DNA of 15,723 bases, taken from contig JBFGJG010000071.1 in the NCBI GenBank assembly GCA_041577295.1, forward strand, positions 1 through 15,723, read 5' to 3'. The translations under genes were made by a program, and so were the position numbers. Below, piece after piece: positions 15,375-15,723 of this stretch. How positions within the stretch are numbered: the first letter of the stretch is position 1; every line of letters starts with the position of its first letter. This DNA comes from Gemmatimonadales bacterium. Lineage in GTDB: Bacteria > Gemmatimonadota > Gemmatimonadetes > Gemmatimonadales > GWC2-71-9. The notes under the pieces are model-generated. The model ran no database searches and was not told the origin of the DNA. It saw only the letters and a list, made by a program, of their open reading frames with translations.

Positions 15375-15723
15375 TTGAGCGACGGCGCGGACGAGAGCAC
15401 CTATCAACGCATCTATCGCATCGTGCGACGCATCCCGAAAGGACGTGTCGCGACCTACGGCCAGATCGCGCACCTCGCCGGTTTGCCGCGCAGCGCGCGA
15501 CAGGTGGGCTACGCGCTGCGCGCGCTACCCGACGACGGTGTGCCATGGCACCGCGTGATCAACGCGCACGGTGGGATCAGTCGCAGGGCTCAGGCCGAGT
15601 TCGTGCACATTCAGCGCAAACTCCTCGAGTCTGAAGGTGTGGCCTTCGATCACCGCGAGCGGGTACCGCTCGAGCGGTACCAGTGGGATCCGAAATACGG
15701 GGGGATTGGGGGGATGGGCGGGA
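15375..15723 (+). CDS. Alkyltransferase-like protein (ATL/YbaZ type, MGMT family), 3'-partial
   Basis: Hand translation from TTG 15375 (GGTGGA SD upstream): ...YQRIYRIVRRIPKGRVATYGQIAHLAGLPRSARQVGYAL...VPWHRVINAHGGIS...QRKLLESEGV. PWHRV (Trp replacing the Cys of PCHRV) defines ATLs. No stop codon before the edge. Confidence 0.92.
   Translation, partial: MSDGADESTYQRIYRIVRRIPKGRVATYGQIAHLAGLPRSARQVGYALRALPDDGVPWHRVINAHGGISRRAQAEFVHIQRKLLESEGVAFDHRERVPLERYQWDPKYGGIGGMGG
15662..15681. repeat. Perfect 20-bp palindrome GGTACCGCTCGAGCGGTACC inside the ATL gene
   Basis: The sequence equals its own reverse complement (read directly). Function unknown. Confidence 0.85.

Noticed and set aside
15375..15723. 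Active O6-methylguanine methyltransferase (Ogt/Ada)
   Set aside because: The acceptor Cys is replaced by Trp (PWHRV), the known non-catalytic ATL class. This is neither novel nor a pseudogene.
1..15723. CRISPR arrays, tRNA/rRNA, IS elements, prophage or defence genes, intrinsic terminators
   Set aside because: I saw no regularly spaced repeats, RNA-gene signatures, transposase/integrase motifs or hairpin-plus-U-tract elements. Intergenic gaps are all under about 180 nt.

Overview
GC-rich (roughly 60-65% by eye) bacterial chromosomal segment. The gene content suggests Gemmatimonadota or Acidobacteriota, but that is inference only. The minus strand at the left carries a translationally coupled pair: an atypical thiolase (1285-2478) and a divergent 3-hydroxyacyl-CoA-dehydrogenase-like gene (<1-1288) that the ORF track missed because it runs off the edge. 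The plus strand then carries a YtoQ-family gene and a MaoC-type dehydratase. These are followed by a ~11.6 kb run of predicted exported hydrolases: M20 peptidase, two M14 zinc carboxypeptidases, an FHA-TM-lytic transglycosylase fusion, a second M20 peptidase, and a chimeric beta-propeller / tricorn-C1-like / gamma-glutamyltranspeptidase-fold protein. A partial alkyltransferase-like (ATL, PWHRV) DNA-repair gene, also missed by the track, sits at the right edge. The most striking items are the propeller-C1-GGT chimera, whose glutamate-binding residues are systematically replaced, and the membrane-spanning FHA-transglycosylase. I saw no rRNA, tRNA, CRISPR array or mobile element. All family calls come from motif recognition by eye; no database search was run.
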